Source: Spironucleus salmonicida (Eukaryota). Taken from it: a DNA stretch of 64,000 nt. The notes under the pieces are model-generated. The model saw only the letters and a list, made by a program, of their open reading frames with translations. It was not told the DNA's origin and searched no databases. The DNA is taken from the NCBI RefSeq assembly GCF_000497125.1, contig NC_090597.1, positions 321,797-385,796 on the forward strand. Direction: 5' to 3'. A program made the position numbers and the translations under genes. The stretch's first letter is position 1, and the number at the start of each line of letters is the position of its first letter. Shown piece after piece: positions 28,398 through 42,832 of this stretch.

Positions 28398-30269
28398 TCA
28401 GTTTAAATCTTATTACTGAATATTATGCAAGGCCTTACTTTTAGTACTTCTTGCTTATTTTTTATGTTTAACTATATAGTAAATAACTCCAGCAGTTATA
28501 CATAAAACCAAAATACAAACCACAACAACAATTATTATTATCATACTTGACTTCAAACCTTGCTAGGATTTTTCACACCGACTATTTTCTAAATTATATT
28601 TATCATAACACTCTTCACATTAGGCGCTATTTATGCACGATTTACAACCTTCTTCGCATTTTAAGCATTCTTTCTTACCTCCTAATTTATTACAAAATTC
28701 TCCGTACTGACAATATTAATCAGAAAAACAGTAATCTTTAACACACTGCATCTAAGATGATAGGCTATAATTGCTTTTACAGGTTTGGCACTGATTTAAA
28801 CTTGCACATTTTAAGCAGTTTTCTTAACATTACTTGCACGTTGCATTTTGTAAATCACAAAACTTTCCGTCTTCGCAAAGTTAAGTAGAAGAACAATTGG
28901 AGTTGGAACACTCGTATTTCTAATTAAATTTATAACCATATTAACAAGACAGGCATGTATCCTCATCATAGCATTTGTCGCAATTTTTGGGGCAGCGCAC
29001 GCACAAGTTTTTTTAAAACACGAAGCCTTGTTTACATATTTCACAGGTATCTAAGTTATTACATTTTTCACAATTGGGAATACATTTTTCGCAGCTTGAA
29101 AACTCTGGAATTTAGAGACAAAACTGTTAAGAGGGACAATCTTTTGTTTCCTAACACTCGCTTTTCACAAGTTTCTTACAATAACCATTTATAAGTTCAT
29201 AGCCAATAAGGCACTGATAACAGTCATCTGCATTTGTACAATGTTAGCATCCAATACTACACCGCTAGCACTTGCTTTAGTCATTCACAAAATATTTTTC
29301 GAAACAGTTTTAACAAATATCATCAGACATACAATATTCACAGTTTTCTCCACACTTAACGCAACCTTTGTTGTAAATAACGTAATGTGGTTCGCACTAT
29401 TTACAATCTTTGTAACCTCTCAGTTCTAAGCAATTCGGTCCTAATGAAAAGCAATAATTACCTCCAAGTTCAGCTAAACAATATTCTTTTGGTTTACAAG
29501 GATTTAAATCGTTGCATTAAGTTAAACGACAGTTAGTAACATTATTCTTTGTTTAGAGGGTATAACCTTTATCACACAGTTAACATTCGTCATTAGACTT
29601 ACAAGAGAGACAGTTGCTACTACAGGATCCGCATGAAGTATTATGCTTATAAAACTTACTGTCGCATATGTTACATTAGCCACTTATATTACACTAAATA
29701 CAGTTATTTGGACAGGAAACACAACTTCCACCACTAATGGTAAATTTATTGACACATTTTGTGCAAATAGTTTCATTTGAACATTCTGAACAATTTTTAC
29801 TGCATTGTTTACATATTGATCCAGCTAAGAAAAATCCAGATTTACATTTAGAGCATTATGAGGTATTAGAGCAGTTTAAACATCCCCAAGAACAGGTTGA
29901 ACATGTATAATTGGAGTTTAGAAAATATCCATTAAAACAATTAATACAAGTTTGGCTATTCTGACATTCTCTGCAACCAGTATCACACTTTATGCAATAT
30001 TTATCAGCTAAGAAGCGTCCTGGTTCACATTTAGTACAAATTGACGAGTCGATACAAGTATCACAACCATCGCTACAGTATAAACATTTTTAGTTAGATA
30101 GATACTTTCCTTTTACACAGCCAACGCAAACTTTATAATCCTCTGGAAGACATTTTCCACAACTAAACACACCACATGCCTAACAAATATTTTACATGTT
30201 TAAAGTGTTAGTGATAGGGCATACAGTTCCATCAGGGCAATCGTGCTCTGGACATTCATAAAGTGACAT
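28398..30269 (-). CDS. Cysteine-rich membrane protein, about 623 aa; paralog of the genes at 9054 and 62171
   Basis: MSLYECPEHDCPDGTVCP...CGVFSCGKC, CxxC repeats, TM IIIIVVVVCILVLCITAGVIYYIV followed by KHKK. Start-to-stop span is 1872 nt (multiple of 3). Confidence 0.9.
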
Positions 30270-30745
30270 TTTATATTAGTTATTTAAATTATATTTACAA
30301 TAATTATAATAAATAGTGTATTTTATATTTTTAGGTTTTCCAATTTAGTTATGCTCGATTACTATTTAATAATAATATGTTAATTTAGATCACAATATTT
30401 TAGTAGTATATATTACTTAAATTATTAAATAGAAACTCTTAAAATGTGGTGTACTCTAATGATAATATTTTAATATATTATGTTTATGTATTCATACATA
30501 AATTGATGAAAAATTTAATAATATTGTGCATATTCCTTATTAAACAAGACTTATATTAATAATAGTATTTCCTAAAATAGAATAATATTTTAAATATTTA
30601 AATAAGATACCTTTCTATTATTACATTACTCATTACAAATTTATTCATCTTATAATATAATTATAAAATATAAATTAAATAATTATCATTAATTTATCGT
30701 ATTTAATATTATTTAAAATTAATTTTGTTTGCTGATCTTGATAAT

Positions 30746-30914
<169 letters not shown>

Positions 30915-31726
30915 ATTAACTAATTTGTTTTAACACATAGCGCACGCCAAAATATTTATGTCTCAGCAAAAATTTTACTAAATTTACTATTTGCAAACTA
31001 ATTTACTGACAAACCACATAATAACCTATACATATATTTTATGCACTACATAGTTATTTTATGTATAAATTCTGGCGATAGATCATATCAATCCGTAACC
31101 TCACGTTTAATATTAATTTTATCAAAATTTCCCGTTTTACCTCTTTGTAAACCCACTTTTTCGCCCTAATACTAAAAACTAAAAACCTCCAATAATAGAA
31201 ACTACCCCATTACGTATTTTACACTCTTTTTCACCCTAATTTACCTTTTGAGAGCATTTTACATCACTAAAATCATAATTCTCAATATGCTCCACCCAAA
31301 AGCTCTAATTTTCTCTTAGCGTATACCTTTCACCTCCTTCTATAAACTCTTCGCCAGCCTTTAGCCCACCAACCTCACAACAATTTATCTTTCCACATTT
31401 TTATTCTATAAAAAATAACAATTATATATCATATAATAATCATATAACTGCGCATTTTTACCTTTCCTAATTCAAATTTTCAAATTTTTTTTCTCCCAGA
31501 ATCAACCACACACGCCCATTTGCAGCACTACGTGCTTAACCCAAATTAGCTCATTTTCGTCTGACGCAAAATTCTGCAAATGCCGTAATCCCCCTTAATC
31601 CTGAAACTGAAACTCACCGCAATTCGCGCTTTTAGAAACTGAGCATTTCCGCTCGCAAAATTTGCATCTGAAAGGCTGTTTCCAGTGCCGTGAAAACGCT
31701 ATTTGTGGTATGTTTATTTTGCAAAA

Positions 31727-32363
31727 AATGATGTTCTAGAATTAATTATTAGGAAGGATGATGCGTTTCTGAGTGAAAGAAATGGTAGTTTGGCGGTTTC
31801 TGAATGTGATATAATGAGAGCATCTACGTATAATAATGATGTTCTAGAATTAATTATTAGGAAGGATGATGCGTTTCTGAGTGAAAGAAATGGCAGTTTA
31901 GCGGTTTCTGAATGTGATATAATGATCGCATCTACGTATAATAATGATGTTCTAGAATTAATTATTAGGAAGGATGATGCGTTTCTGAGTGAAAGAAATG
32001 GTAGTTTGGCGGTTTCTGAATGTGATATAATGATCGCATCTACGTATAATAATGATGTTCTAGAATTAATTATTAGGAAGGATGATGCGTTTCTGAGTGA
32101 AAGAAATGGTAGTTTGGCGGTTTCTGAATGTGATATAATGAGAGCATCTACGTATAATAATGATGTTCTAGAATTAATTATTAGGAAGGATGATGCGTTT
32201 CTGAGTGAAAGAAATGGCAGTTTAGCGGTTTCTGAATGTGATATAATGAGAGCATCTACGTATAATAATGATGTTCTAGAATTAATTATTAGGAAGGATG
32301 ATGCGTTTCTGAGTGAAAGAAATGGCAGTTTAGCGGTTTCTGAATGTGATATAATGAGAGCAT
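31727..32363. repeat. Tandem repeat, 108-bp unit, about 5.9 copies
   Basis: Unit begins AATGATGTTCTAGAATTAATTATTAGG at 31727, 31835, 31943, 32051, 32159 and 32267. Only four variable positions. Confidence 0.97.
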
Positions 32364-32632
32364 TTTTTTCAGCGTTAATTGCAACTTTAGGTGTTACGTT
32401 TGGTCAAGATTTTGGCAATAACATTTGCCGATTGGGGGTTATTTTATATGTGTGTAATATGTCAGGTTCAGATGATTTAGCGATGTGGTTACGTTATATC
32501 AGTTTATTCTTATGCAAAACAGCGCTAGATACGATTTCGAGGATAGTGCGTTGGAGATTTTAATCATAATTAATTTGAATTTATATTTGAATTCGGTTTT
32601 CCGTTTTAAAATAAAGCGATATTAAAATTGAA

Positions 32633-35600
32633 TTAGTATTAGTATTAGTATTAGTATTAGTATTAGTATTAGTATAATTAGTATTAGTATTAGTATTAGT
32701 ATTAGTATTTTTTTTAGTATTAGTATTTATATTGTATTAGTATTAGTATTAGTATTAGTATTAGTATTAGTATTAGTATTAGTATTAGTATTAGTATTAG
32801 TATTAGTATTAGTATTAGTATTAGTATTAGTATTAGTATTAGTATTAGTATTAGTATTAGTATTAGTATTAGTATTAGTATTAGTATTTATTGTATTTAT
32901 TAGTATTAGTATTAGTATTTAGTATTAGTATTTAGTATTAGTATTAGTATTAGTATTAGTATTAGTATTAGTATTAGTATTAGTATTAGTATTAGTATTA
33001 GTATTAGTATTAGTATTAGTATTAGTATTAGTATTAGTATTAGTATTAGTTTTTTTTTTTTTTTTTTTTTTTTTATTAGTATTAGTATTAGTATTAGTAT
33101 TAGTATTAGTATTAGTATTAGTATTAGTATTAGTATTTTAGTATTTTTAGTATTAGTATTAGTATTTAGTATTAGTATTAGTATTAGTATTAGTATTAGT
33201 ATTAGTTTTATTAGTATTAGTATTAGTATTAGTATTAGTATTAGTATTAGTATTAGTATTAGTATTAGTATTAGTATTAGTATTAGTATTAGTATTAGTA
33301 TTAGTATTAGTATTAGTATTAGTATTAGTATTAGTATTAGTATTAGTATTAGTATTAGTATTAGTATTAAGTATTAGTATTAGTATTAGTATTAGTATTA
33401 GTATTAGTATTAGTATTAGTATTAGTATTAGTATTAGTATTAGTATTAGTATTAGTATTAGTATTAGTATTAGTATTAGTATTAGTATTAGTATTAGTAT
33501 TAGTATTAGTATTAGTATTAGTATTAGTATTAGTATTAGTATTAGTATTAGTATTAGTATTAGTATTAGTATTAGTATTAGTATTAGTATTAGTATTATA
33601 TTAGTATTAGTATTAGTATTATATTAGTATTAGTATTAGTATTAGTATTTATTAGTATTAGTATTAGTATTAGTATTAGTATTAGTATTAGTATTAGTAT
33701 TAGTATTAGTATTAGTATTAGTATTAGTATTAGTATTAGTATTAGTATTAGTATTAGTATTAGTATTAGTATTAGTATTAGTATTAGTATTAGTATTTAG
33801 TATTAGTATTAGTATTAGTATTAGTATTATAGTATTAGTATTAGTATTAGTATTAGTATTATTTAGTATTAGTATTAGTATTAGTATTAGTATTAGTATT
33901 AGTATTGTATAGTATTAGTATTAGTATTAGTATTAGTATTAGTATTAGTATTAGTATTAGTATTAGTATTAGTATTAGTATTAGTATTAGTATTATTAGT
34001 ATTAGTATTAGTATTAGTATTTTATTAGTATTAGTATTTAGTATTAGTATTAGTATTAGTATTAGTATTAGTATTAGTATTAGTATTAGTATTAGTATTA
34101 GTATTAGTATTAGTATTAGTATTAGTATTAGTATTAGTATTAGTATTAGTATTAGTATTAGTATTAGTATTAGTATTAGTATTAGTATTAGTATTAGTAT
34201 TAGTATTTTAGTATTAGTATTAGTATTAGTATTAGTATTAGTATTAGTATTAGTATTAGTATTAGTATTAGTATTAGTATTAGTATTAGTATTAGTATTA
34301 TAGTATTAGTATTAGTATTAGTATTAGTATTAGTATTAGTATTAGTATTAGTATTAGTATTAGTATTAGTATTAGTATTAGTATTAGTATTAGTATTAGT
34401 ATTTTTTTTTTTAGTATTAGTATTAGTATTTATTAGTATTATTTAGTATTAGTATTAGTATTAGTATTAGTATTAGTATTAGTATTTAGTATTAGTATTA
34501 GTATTAGTATTAGTATTAGTATTAGTATTAGTATTTATTTATTAGTATTAGTATTATTAGTATTAGTATTAAGTATTAGTATTAGTATTAGTATTAGTAT
34601 TAGTATTAGTATTATTTAGTATTAGTATTAGTTATTAGTATTAGTTTATTTAGTATTAGTATTAGTATTAGTATTAGTATTAGTATTAGTATTAGTATTA
34701 GTATTAGTATTAGTATTAGTATTAGTATTAGTATTAGTATTTAGTATTAGTATTAGTATTAGTATTAGTATTAGTATTAGTATTAGTATTAGTATTAGTA
34801 TTAGTATTAGTATTAGTATTAGTAGTATTAGTATTAGTATTAGTATTAGTATTAGTATTAGTATTAGTATTATTAGTATTAGTATTAGTATTAGTATTAG
34901 TATTAGTATTAGTATTAGTATTAGTATTAGTATTAGTATTAGTATTAGTATTAGTATTAGTATTAGTATTAGTATTAGTATTAGTATTAGTATTAGTATT
35001 AGTATTAGTATTAGTATTAGTATTAGTATTAGTATTAGTATTAGTATTAGTATTAGTATTAAGTATTAGTATTAGTATTAGTATTAGTATTAGTATTAGT
35101 ATTAGTATTAGTATTAGTATTAGTATTAGTATTAGTATTAGTATTAGTATTAGTATTAGTATTAGTATTAGTATTAGTATTAGTATTAGTATTAGTATTA
35201 GTATTAGTATTAGTATTAGTATTAGTATTAGTATTAGTATTAGTATTAGTATTAGTATTAGTATTAGTATTAGTATTAGTATTAGTATTAGTATTAGTAT
35301 TAGTATTAGTATTGTATTAGTATTAGTATTAGTATTAGTATTAGTATTAGTATTAGTTTGTATTAGTATTAGTATTAGTATTAGTATTAGTATTAGTATT
35401 TAGTATTAGTATTAGTATTAAGTATTAGTATTAGTATTAGTATTAGTATTAGTATTAGTATTAGTATTTAGTATTAGTATTAGTATTAGTATTAGTATTA
35501 GTATTAGTATTAGTATTAGTATTAGTATTAGTATTAGTATTAGTATTAGTATTAGTATTAGTATTTATTAGTATTAGTATTAGTATTAGTATTAGTATTA

Positions 35601-37533
35601 GTATTAGTATTAGTATTAGTATTAGTATTAGTATTAGTATTAGTATTAGTATTAGTATTAGTATTAGTATTGTATTAGTATTAGTATTATATTAGTATTA
35701 GTATTAGTTTAATTAGTATTAGTATTAGTTTAGTATTAGTATTTATTAGTATTAGTATTAGTATTAGTATTATTAGTATTAGTATTAGTATTAGTATTAG
35801 TATTAGTATTAGTATTAGTATTAGTATTAGTATTAGTATTAGTATTAGTATTAGTATTAGTATTAGTATTAGTATTAGTATTAGTATTAGTATTTAGTAT
35901 TAGTATTAGTATTAGTATTAGTATTAGTATTAGTATTAGTATTAGTATTAGTATTAGTATTAGTATTTAGTATTAGTATTAGTATTAGTATTAGTATTAG
36001 TTATTAGTATTAGTATTAGTATTTAGTATTATATTAGTATTAGTATTAGTATTAGTATTAGTATTAGTATTAGTATTAGTATTAGTATTAGTATTAGTAT
36101 TAGTATTAGTATTAGTATTAGTATTAGTATTAGTATTAGTATTAGTATTTAGTATTAGTATTAGTATTAGTATTAGTATTAGTATTTAGTATTAGTATTT
36201 TAGTATTAGTATTAGTTATTTAGTATTAGTATTAGTATTTAGTATTAGTATTAGTATTAGTATTAGTATTAGTATTAGTATTTAGTATTAGTATTAGTAT
36301 TAGTATTAGTATTAGTATTAGTATTAGTATTAGTTAGTATTAGTATTAGTATTATATTATTAGTATTAGTATTAGTATTAGTATTAGTATTAGTATTAGT
36401 ATTAGTATTAGTATTAGTATTAGTATTAGTATTAGTATTAGTATTAGTATTAGTATTAGTATTAGTATTAGTATTAGTATTAGTATTAGTATTAGTATAG
36501 TATTAGTATTAGTATTAGTATTAGTATTAGTATTAGTATTAGTATTAGTATTAGTATTAGTATTAGTATTAGTATTAGTATTAGTATTAGTATTAGTATT
36601 AGTATTAGTATTAGTATTAGTATTAGTATTAGTATAGTATTAGTATTAGTATTATATTATTTTAGTATTAGTATTAGTATTAGTATTAGTATTTATTTAG
36701 TATTAGTATTTTAGTATTAGTATTAGTATTAGTATTAGTATTAGTATTAGTATTAGTATTAGTATTAGTATTAGTATTAGTATTAGTATTAGTATTAGTA
36801 TTAGTATTAGTATTAGTATTAGTATTAGTATTAGTATTAGTATTAGTATTAGTATTAGTATTAGTATTAGTATTAGTATTAGTATTAGTATTTAGTATTA
36901 GTATTAGTATTAGTATTTAGTATTAGTATTTTAGTATTAGTATTAGTATTAGTATTTAGTATTAGTATTAGTATTAGTATTAGTATTAGTATTAGTATTA
37001 GTATTTAGTATTAGTATTAGTATTAGTATTAGTATTAGTATTAGTATTAGTATTAGTATTAGTATTAGTATTAGTATTAGTATTAGTATTAGTATTAGTA
37101 TTAGTATTAGTATTAGTATTAGTATTAGTATTTTTATTTTTTTTTTTTTTATTTTTTTTTAGTATTAGTATTAGTATTAGTATTAGTTATTTAGTATTAG
37201 TATTAGTATTAGTATTAGTATTAGTATTAGTATTAGTATTAGTATTAGTATTAGTATTAGTATTAGTATTAGTATTAGTATTAGTATTAGTATTAGTATT
37301 AGTATTAGTATTAGTATTAGTATTAGTATTAGTATTAGTATTAGTATTAGTATTAGTATTAGTATTAGTATTTAGTATTAGTATTTAGTATATTAGTATT
37401 AGTATTAGTATTAGTATTAGTATTAGTATTAGTATTAGTATTAGTATTAGTATTAGTATTAGTATTAGTATTAGTATTAGTATTAGTATTAGTATTAGTA
37501 TTAGTATTAGTATTAGTATTAGTATTAGTATTA
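32633..37533. repeat. (TTAGTA)n hexamer satellite, about 4.9 kb
   Basis: About 800 units with scattered indels and poly-T interruptions. Confidence 0.98.
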
Positions 37534-37735
37534 CTACTATAATTTGGTTTGCGCTGGAAGATATTTGAGATTGTTATCTCGTCTATATGAATCTTACCCT
37601 GGGGACTTCGTATCCAGTTTTTTAAAATAATAGTATATTTAGTATTATATAAAATACTAACATTTCATATGCTATATAGCTGATCTTACCAGTACTTATT
37701 ATTAACCATATTTAATTGCAAAGTTTTCAGTCATA

Positions 37736-40700
37736 ATGCCAGTACCTCTGAGAATAAGTTTCAAAGTGCGTTAATACTAGATTTGTAATGCAAAAATCAA
37801 AGTCAATGACAATAACTAAGAGATACTCACTTTTACCATACAAGGCAGCGAAATCATATAGTCCAGGCAGTTAAACATAAGTTGCAGGTATATACTCAGA
37901 ACAGATATTTACTGCCATCAGCAGCTATGCGCATTCTAGATTATTTTACTCTATAAGAAACTAGGTAAAATTGCTCAGAATATAAGCTTTTAGGTCTCGT
38001 AGTTTAGTTAGATACTTGTGGCAAGGGATCCTAGTTTTTGGGATAATATCGGCCTTGTCGCAGCTCAGATTGGACTTAATGTGCTTTCAATTTAAACTGA
38101 CGATATGCCTACCATTACTTAGTTCTTATAATGTATTGAAGACTATGATCTGTAGTATTTTTCCTTTTATAATAATTTTGACACTTTAGAAATTTTTTAT
38201 CCTGATAATACAGATAAGTTCAATTTTCATGAAAATTAGGTTTTGATTCAACTAGCAGCAATTAAATATCATGAAAAGGGGGATTAACCTCTTTTATTGC
38301 CTCAAATATTTGGATATTCAGCATTTTTATTATTTAATACATATTATAAAGCTTTAGAAACTGAGTATTATAAGACTAAACATGAAGATTTCCAAGTTGG
38401 TCTGCTTCTCAAAATATTCAAATACTCAAATAGGATTTATAACGGAGATACATTTGAAAACAATGATTAGTAGAAAAAGTTGAAGAGCTTTCACAGCATT
38501 AATCTATTTTAGATACCACTCCATTTTATTGATACTGGTATCTGTCTGGTGATGTTCCAATAGCTTTGCCAGATTTCATACATATTTAAAGCAGAGTACT
38601 TTGCAATATTATCGAAAACTTAAAGTAGATATTCATATAGATTAAATAATGCTGTGATAATCTAAAGTTCCAAGTCTGGAAAGAGTGTGGCATTATATAC
38701 TCAATATTTTTTTAACCTTTTAATTGGAGATGTTCCTATATTGCTTAATAAGAATGGTTCAAAGAACCAGCCTTTATATTACTATAAAACAGGTTCTTTT
38801 CATGAAAAGCTGGAAAAGGTGTACTAAAATACCTTCGCTTTGCAAGACTTGAAAAATTTTAATTTAACTATCCTAAATGATATTTGTGACTTTCATAGCT
38901 TTTAATTAGAAAGCTTAAACTATATAGACTACCTTAACTGTAAGATGAATATTTTCATAGACAATATGCAAAATAACTTTAAAAAAGTAAATGGAGTCAC
39001 TGGACTAGATGCCATCAGGAATTTAAAATATGGTTTTTCAATTGAGATCTATTTTGATTTATTAAAAAAGTATTCTTTCTTTATTTATGAGGGTGATATT
39101 GATACAAGTGGTATAACAGATTATTAGGTACTACTTTACGATACTGGATAGAGTTATAAGAAACGTCCTATCATATTGGTAGATGAATGCTTAGACTCTT
39201 AGAAATAAAATTATAGCCAGTGTATAAAACTATGCTAAATGATATTTTTCTAATACTAGAAAAAACTAGAGGATCTAGGTTAGCAGTGTTATTTTACAAT
39301 ATAAAATATATTGTAAGATATATAAAATAAGCATTATAATGATGTCTATGCTAATCATGGTTTTATGTTGTTTTAAATAACTTACTAGGTGATATTTTAG
39401 CTTCTGAACACATACTTACTGCAAAAAGTAAAGTCTTAAATAGTAGAGCTTGGATAAACTGCTAAATATTTGAACCAGAATATAGATGTATATTAACTAT
39501 TAGAAAATATTATTGAAAGTATTAATTCGAAAGAGTAAAGTAGATATTGCGCGATTAATAATAATTTAAATATCATAATTGATTATTTTAATGTACTCAA
39601 ATATAATTTAACAAAAACCGAGTATACTCTAATGGCAATATGGTACTTACGTCTTCAAAAACATCATTATGATATTATCGATGAGCTAATACTATATTCA
39701 CCTCAAATTTTGAATATCCAAGATAGAATATAATTTAAATACAGTTTTTTCTATGATTTGCCAAAAATATATATAAATAGAAAAAATTACTAAGAAGAAT
39801 TTGAATATTATTTTTTTAAGTTCATAATGTCTTTATTCAACCCTAGAACGGTTGAGACACTATTCTGGAAGACATTTCAGATGATTGGCTTCAAAGCAAT
39901 AAATATAAATAGTAATAATCCTTATGAAAATGGTTGTAGAGATATTGTATAAGTATCTACTAAATTTTGGACACAATCTATTAATGACAAAATTATTCAA
40001 TATTTTAACTCAGAAATTCCCCTTAACGAATAAGCAAAAAAAATGTAATAAATAATTTATATAAATAATGCATAATTATAAACTCGATTATATACCAAGC
40101 ATACCAAAATATATAAGAACTATAGCGACTATATAATGTCTGTTATAATGGTAGGTACAGATATTGCCATAATAGATGAATCCTCATTTGATAAGTTTAG
40201 TTTAGTTAACAATACTTCTTATTCTCCAAAACATTACGCTACAAATATTTTAGGATATATATAGCCTCATCCATCGCGTTTACACAGTTCCCAGTATAAT
40301 AGAAGTAGCATGCTAGTTAATAATAAAGAAATGGTACCTTTGCTTAATGAGATTCCTGAAAAGTTGCAAAAAGCCTTAGATCTCTCATCAATTCTGATAG
40401 AGTTAGCCAATTCTATGATAGGAGAGAAATCTTCTACAATATAGTTAATATGTCCATACATATGCACTTAACTATGGTATATATATTAAAAGAACTACAC
40501 ATATGTTTACAATTTTAATGCAATAGAAAAGCACACAATTATGGTCAATAATATTGAAAATTAAGTATATTAGTTTAGCAGTCTTACTTAAACGTTTGAC
40601 AATATTCAAATAGGCAAAGAACAAAGCTAATCAGATTATTTTTAAATTATCAATTATTAAAACTCTATTAAATTGATATCCATGGAAGGAAAATATAATT

Positions 40701-42832
40701 TGAGTAGTAGAGCATCCACAACATTAAATCGAGAGGTGATGAGTGTGCTGATGTTCTAACTGATGCAATAATTCATCTAATTATATTCCAGAACGGAGCT
40801 AACATAGTTAGATGGATAAAGAGAGTTCTCGAGTCTTTCCAAATTGTTCAAGCGGAGATTTCTACTGAGTTATCTAAACATATTATTGTTCATGATGATT
40901 TTAACGTAGTAACCAGTCACTGCTATTAAGAATATTTAATTAATTATACTCCACGGGCAGACTGGCAGTAGTAACATACAATTTTTATGTGAAGGCAATA
41001 TTGAGGATATAAATACTTAAAAATTACTTGAATAAATATATAGAATACCAGGAAAGCACGAGATGATGCTCATGCCACAAACTATAGATTTTGCAATCTA
41101 GAACTTCAACAATGATGTGAGAATATTTCCATCGGCTGAAGTTTGGAACCATATATTGAAAGACTCGATTGAGTCTGCCATTGAAGATTTTAAAATATTA
41201 TAGGAATAGAAAATTATCGATAGTAGGCTGATTGTCGTAATTTATTTTGAAAGGAGCAGACTTTTAAACAAGATAACAGAATAAAGCGAAGTAATATTCG
41301 ATTTTATTCTAACTTTTCATGGATACGAGGATATCGGACTCGAGTGGCTGTACGGCTGTTAGGTTCTCCCAGTATATTGTGATAACCATATCAAGGAAGT
41401 TTTGCAGTAAAGGATAACACCGTTTGGACTCAAAAATGCTGTCCAAATAGAATTAGACTAGTGCGAACCATTTACATTGATTCATATGGGATAAGTATTA
41501 ATCAGGGATGTTGATATATAGTAAACAGCAGAGAGAGAAATATGCAGAAAATTGCAAAACAATATTGCTGAAAATTAGATAGACTCATATGTATATTAAG
41601 TGTAGTAATTAGATAATAAATATATAAAAAAATTAGAATTATTGCAGCAAGGCTTCAGGTTATTTAAATTAATAATGCATATGGATACACAGTATATATA
41701 GATCATAACTAATATAGATGATATAGACACATTACTTGTTAACCTAAGATAAATTAACATATCGCTACTACCAGATAGAATGACTTTACAGAATTTTGCT
41801 GTTATATGCAACTCTCAATACTGTTAGAATTTATTTCAGTCTGGAATTTCAAAATTTAAGTTACCATTGTAAACAGTAACAATAGATCTGATATTTGATC
41901 TGGATCTCATTGTAGTTAAGTCAAATGTATAAAAATTGGAGAAGTTGATTGAATTTATCAAATGGTAGAATACAAATGTGCTAATAGTATTCAAAAATAA
42001 AGTAGAATTATTGCTTCTTCTTGACTTTCTTAATTTAGAGCTTGTGTCGGTATATTAATAAAGATAAGATTTTAATTTTATGGTTGTTGCGCAATAGAAG
42101 CAAAACATGGACTAAATGACTATGACAATACTAAATTAATAAATACACAATTTTGAACATTTACCGCTAACGCTATAAAAGTCTAATTAAATAAACATGC
42201 GATTATTGAAGCTAGATATCGTATACTAAGATAAATTGGCAGATGAAGATATATATGAATTTATTGACAGGCAAAGATATTTGAATAACAAGATTTAGGT
42301 TGAGTATCTAAGTTAGATACCACCCATTTTTACCTGTTATAATAGCTTACTCAAAGAAATATAAGTTACAAAAAGTGTTATTTATAATATTAAAGATAAA
42401 GTCCTTCATTTAGCAAACGAGAATTAGTGTGTAAGTCACTTGGTGCATGCAAATGGATAAATAATCGCAGATATAAAAGGATGGGGGTCAGACTATGCTT
42501 ATTTATTAATAAATCTTATTAAAAGCAATAAAATAAATACAGATAACAAGTTTTTATTCAGATAGACCATCGAGGTCCAGTTTAATATGATTTCGTAACT
42601 ATTTAAAAAATAAAAAAATACTTCAAGCGATTCAAATTAATGCAAAGTCAAATTGCATGGAGAATTGTATACTGATCAGTAGAGAGATCATATTAAAGAA
42701 AATGGTTTTGTTTAAGTTTAAGGTACTTTAGGGTATCAAATATTATGCCTGTTTTGTGAAATCAAAGTGGTGGTGATCGGAATTATATAAGATGAATAAT
42801 AAGATATATTATAGTTAATTGCAGTTGAATGA
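37736..42832 (+). CDS. 1698-aa hypothetical protein with divergent P-loop NTPase-like motifs
   Basis: 5097 nt without an in-frame TGA when read by eye in code 6. AVIIQSSKSGKS near 38651-38686, NIFIDN near 38950, RPIILVDE near 39164-39187, LIILHGQTGSSN near 40940-40975. Confidence 0.85.

Noticed and set aside
31727-32363. 108-bp array as a CRISPR array
   Set aside because: Units are contiguous near-identical copies with no unique spacers, there are no cas genes, and the context is eukaryotic.
32633-37533. Satellite as a telomere
   Set aside because: Interstitial with unique genes on both sides, and it lacks the G runs of diplomonad TAGGG-type repeats.
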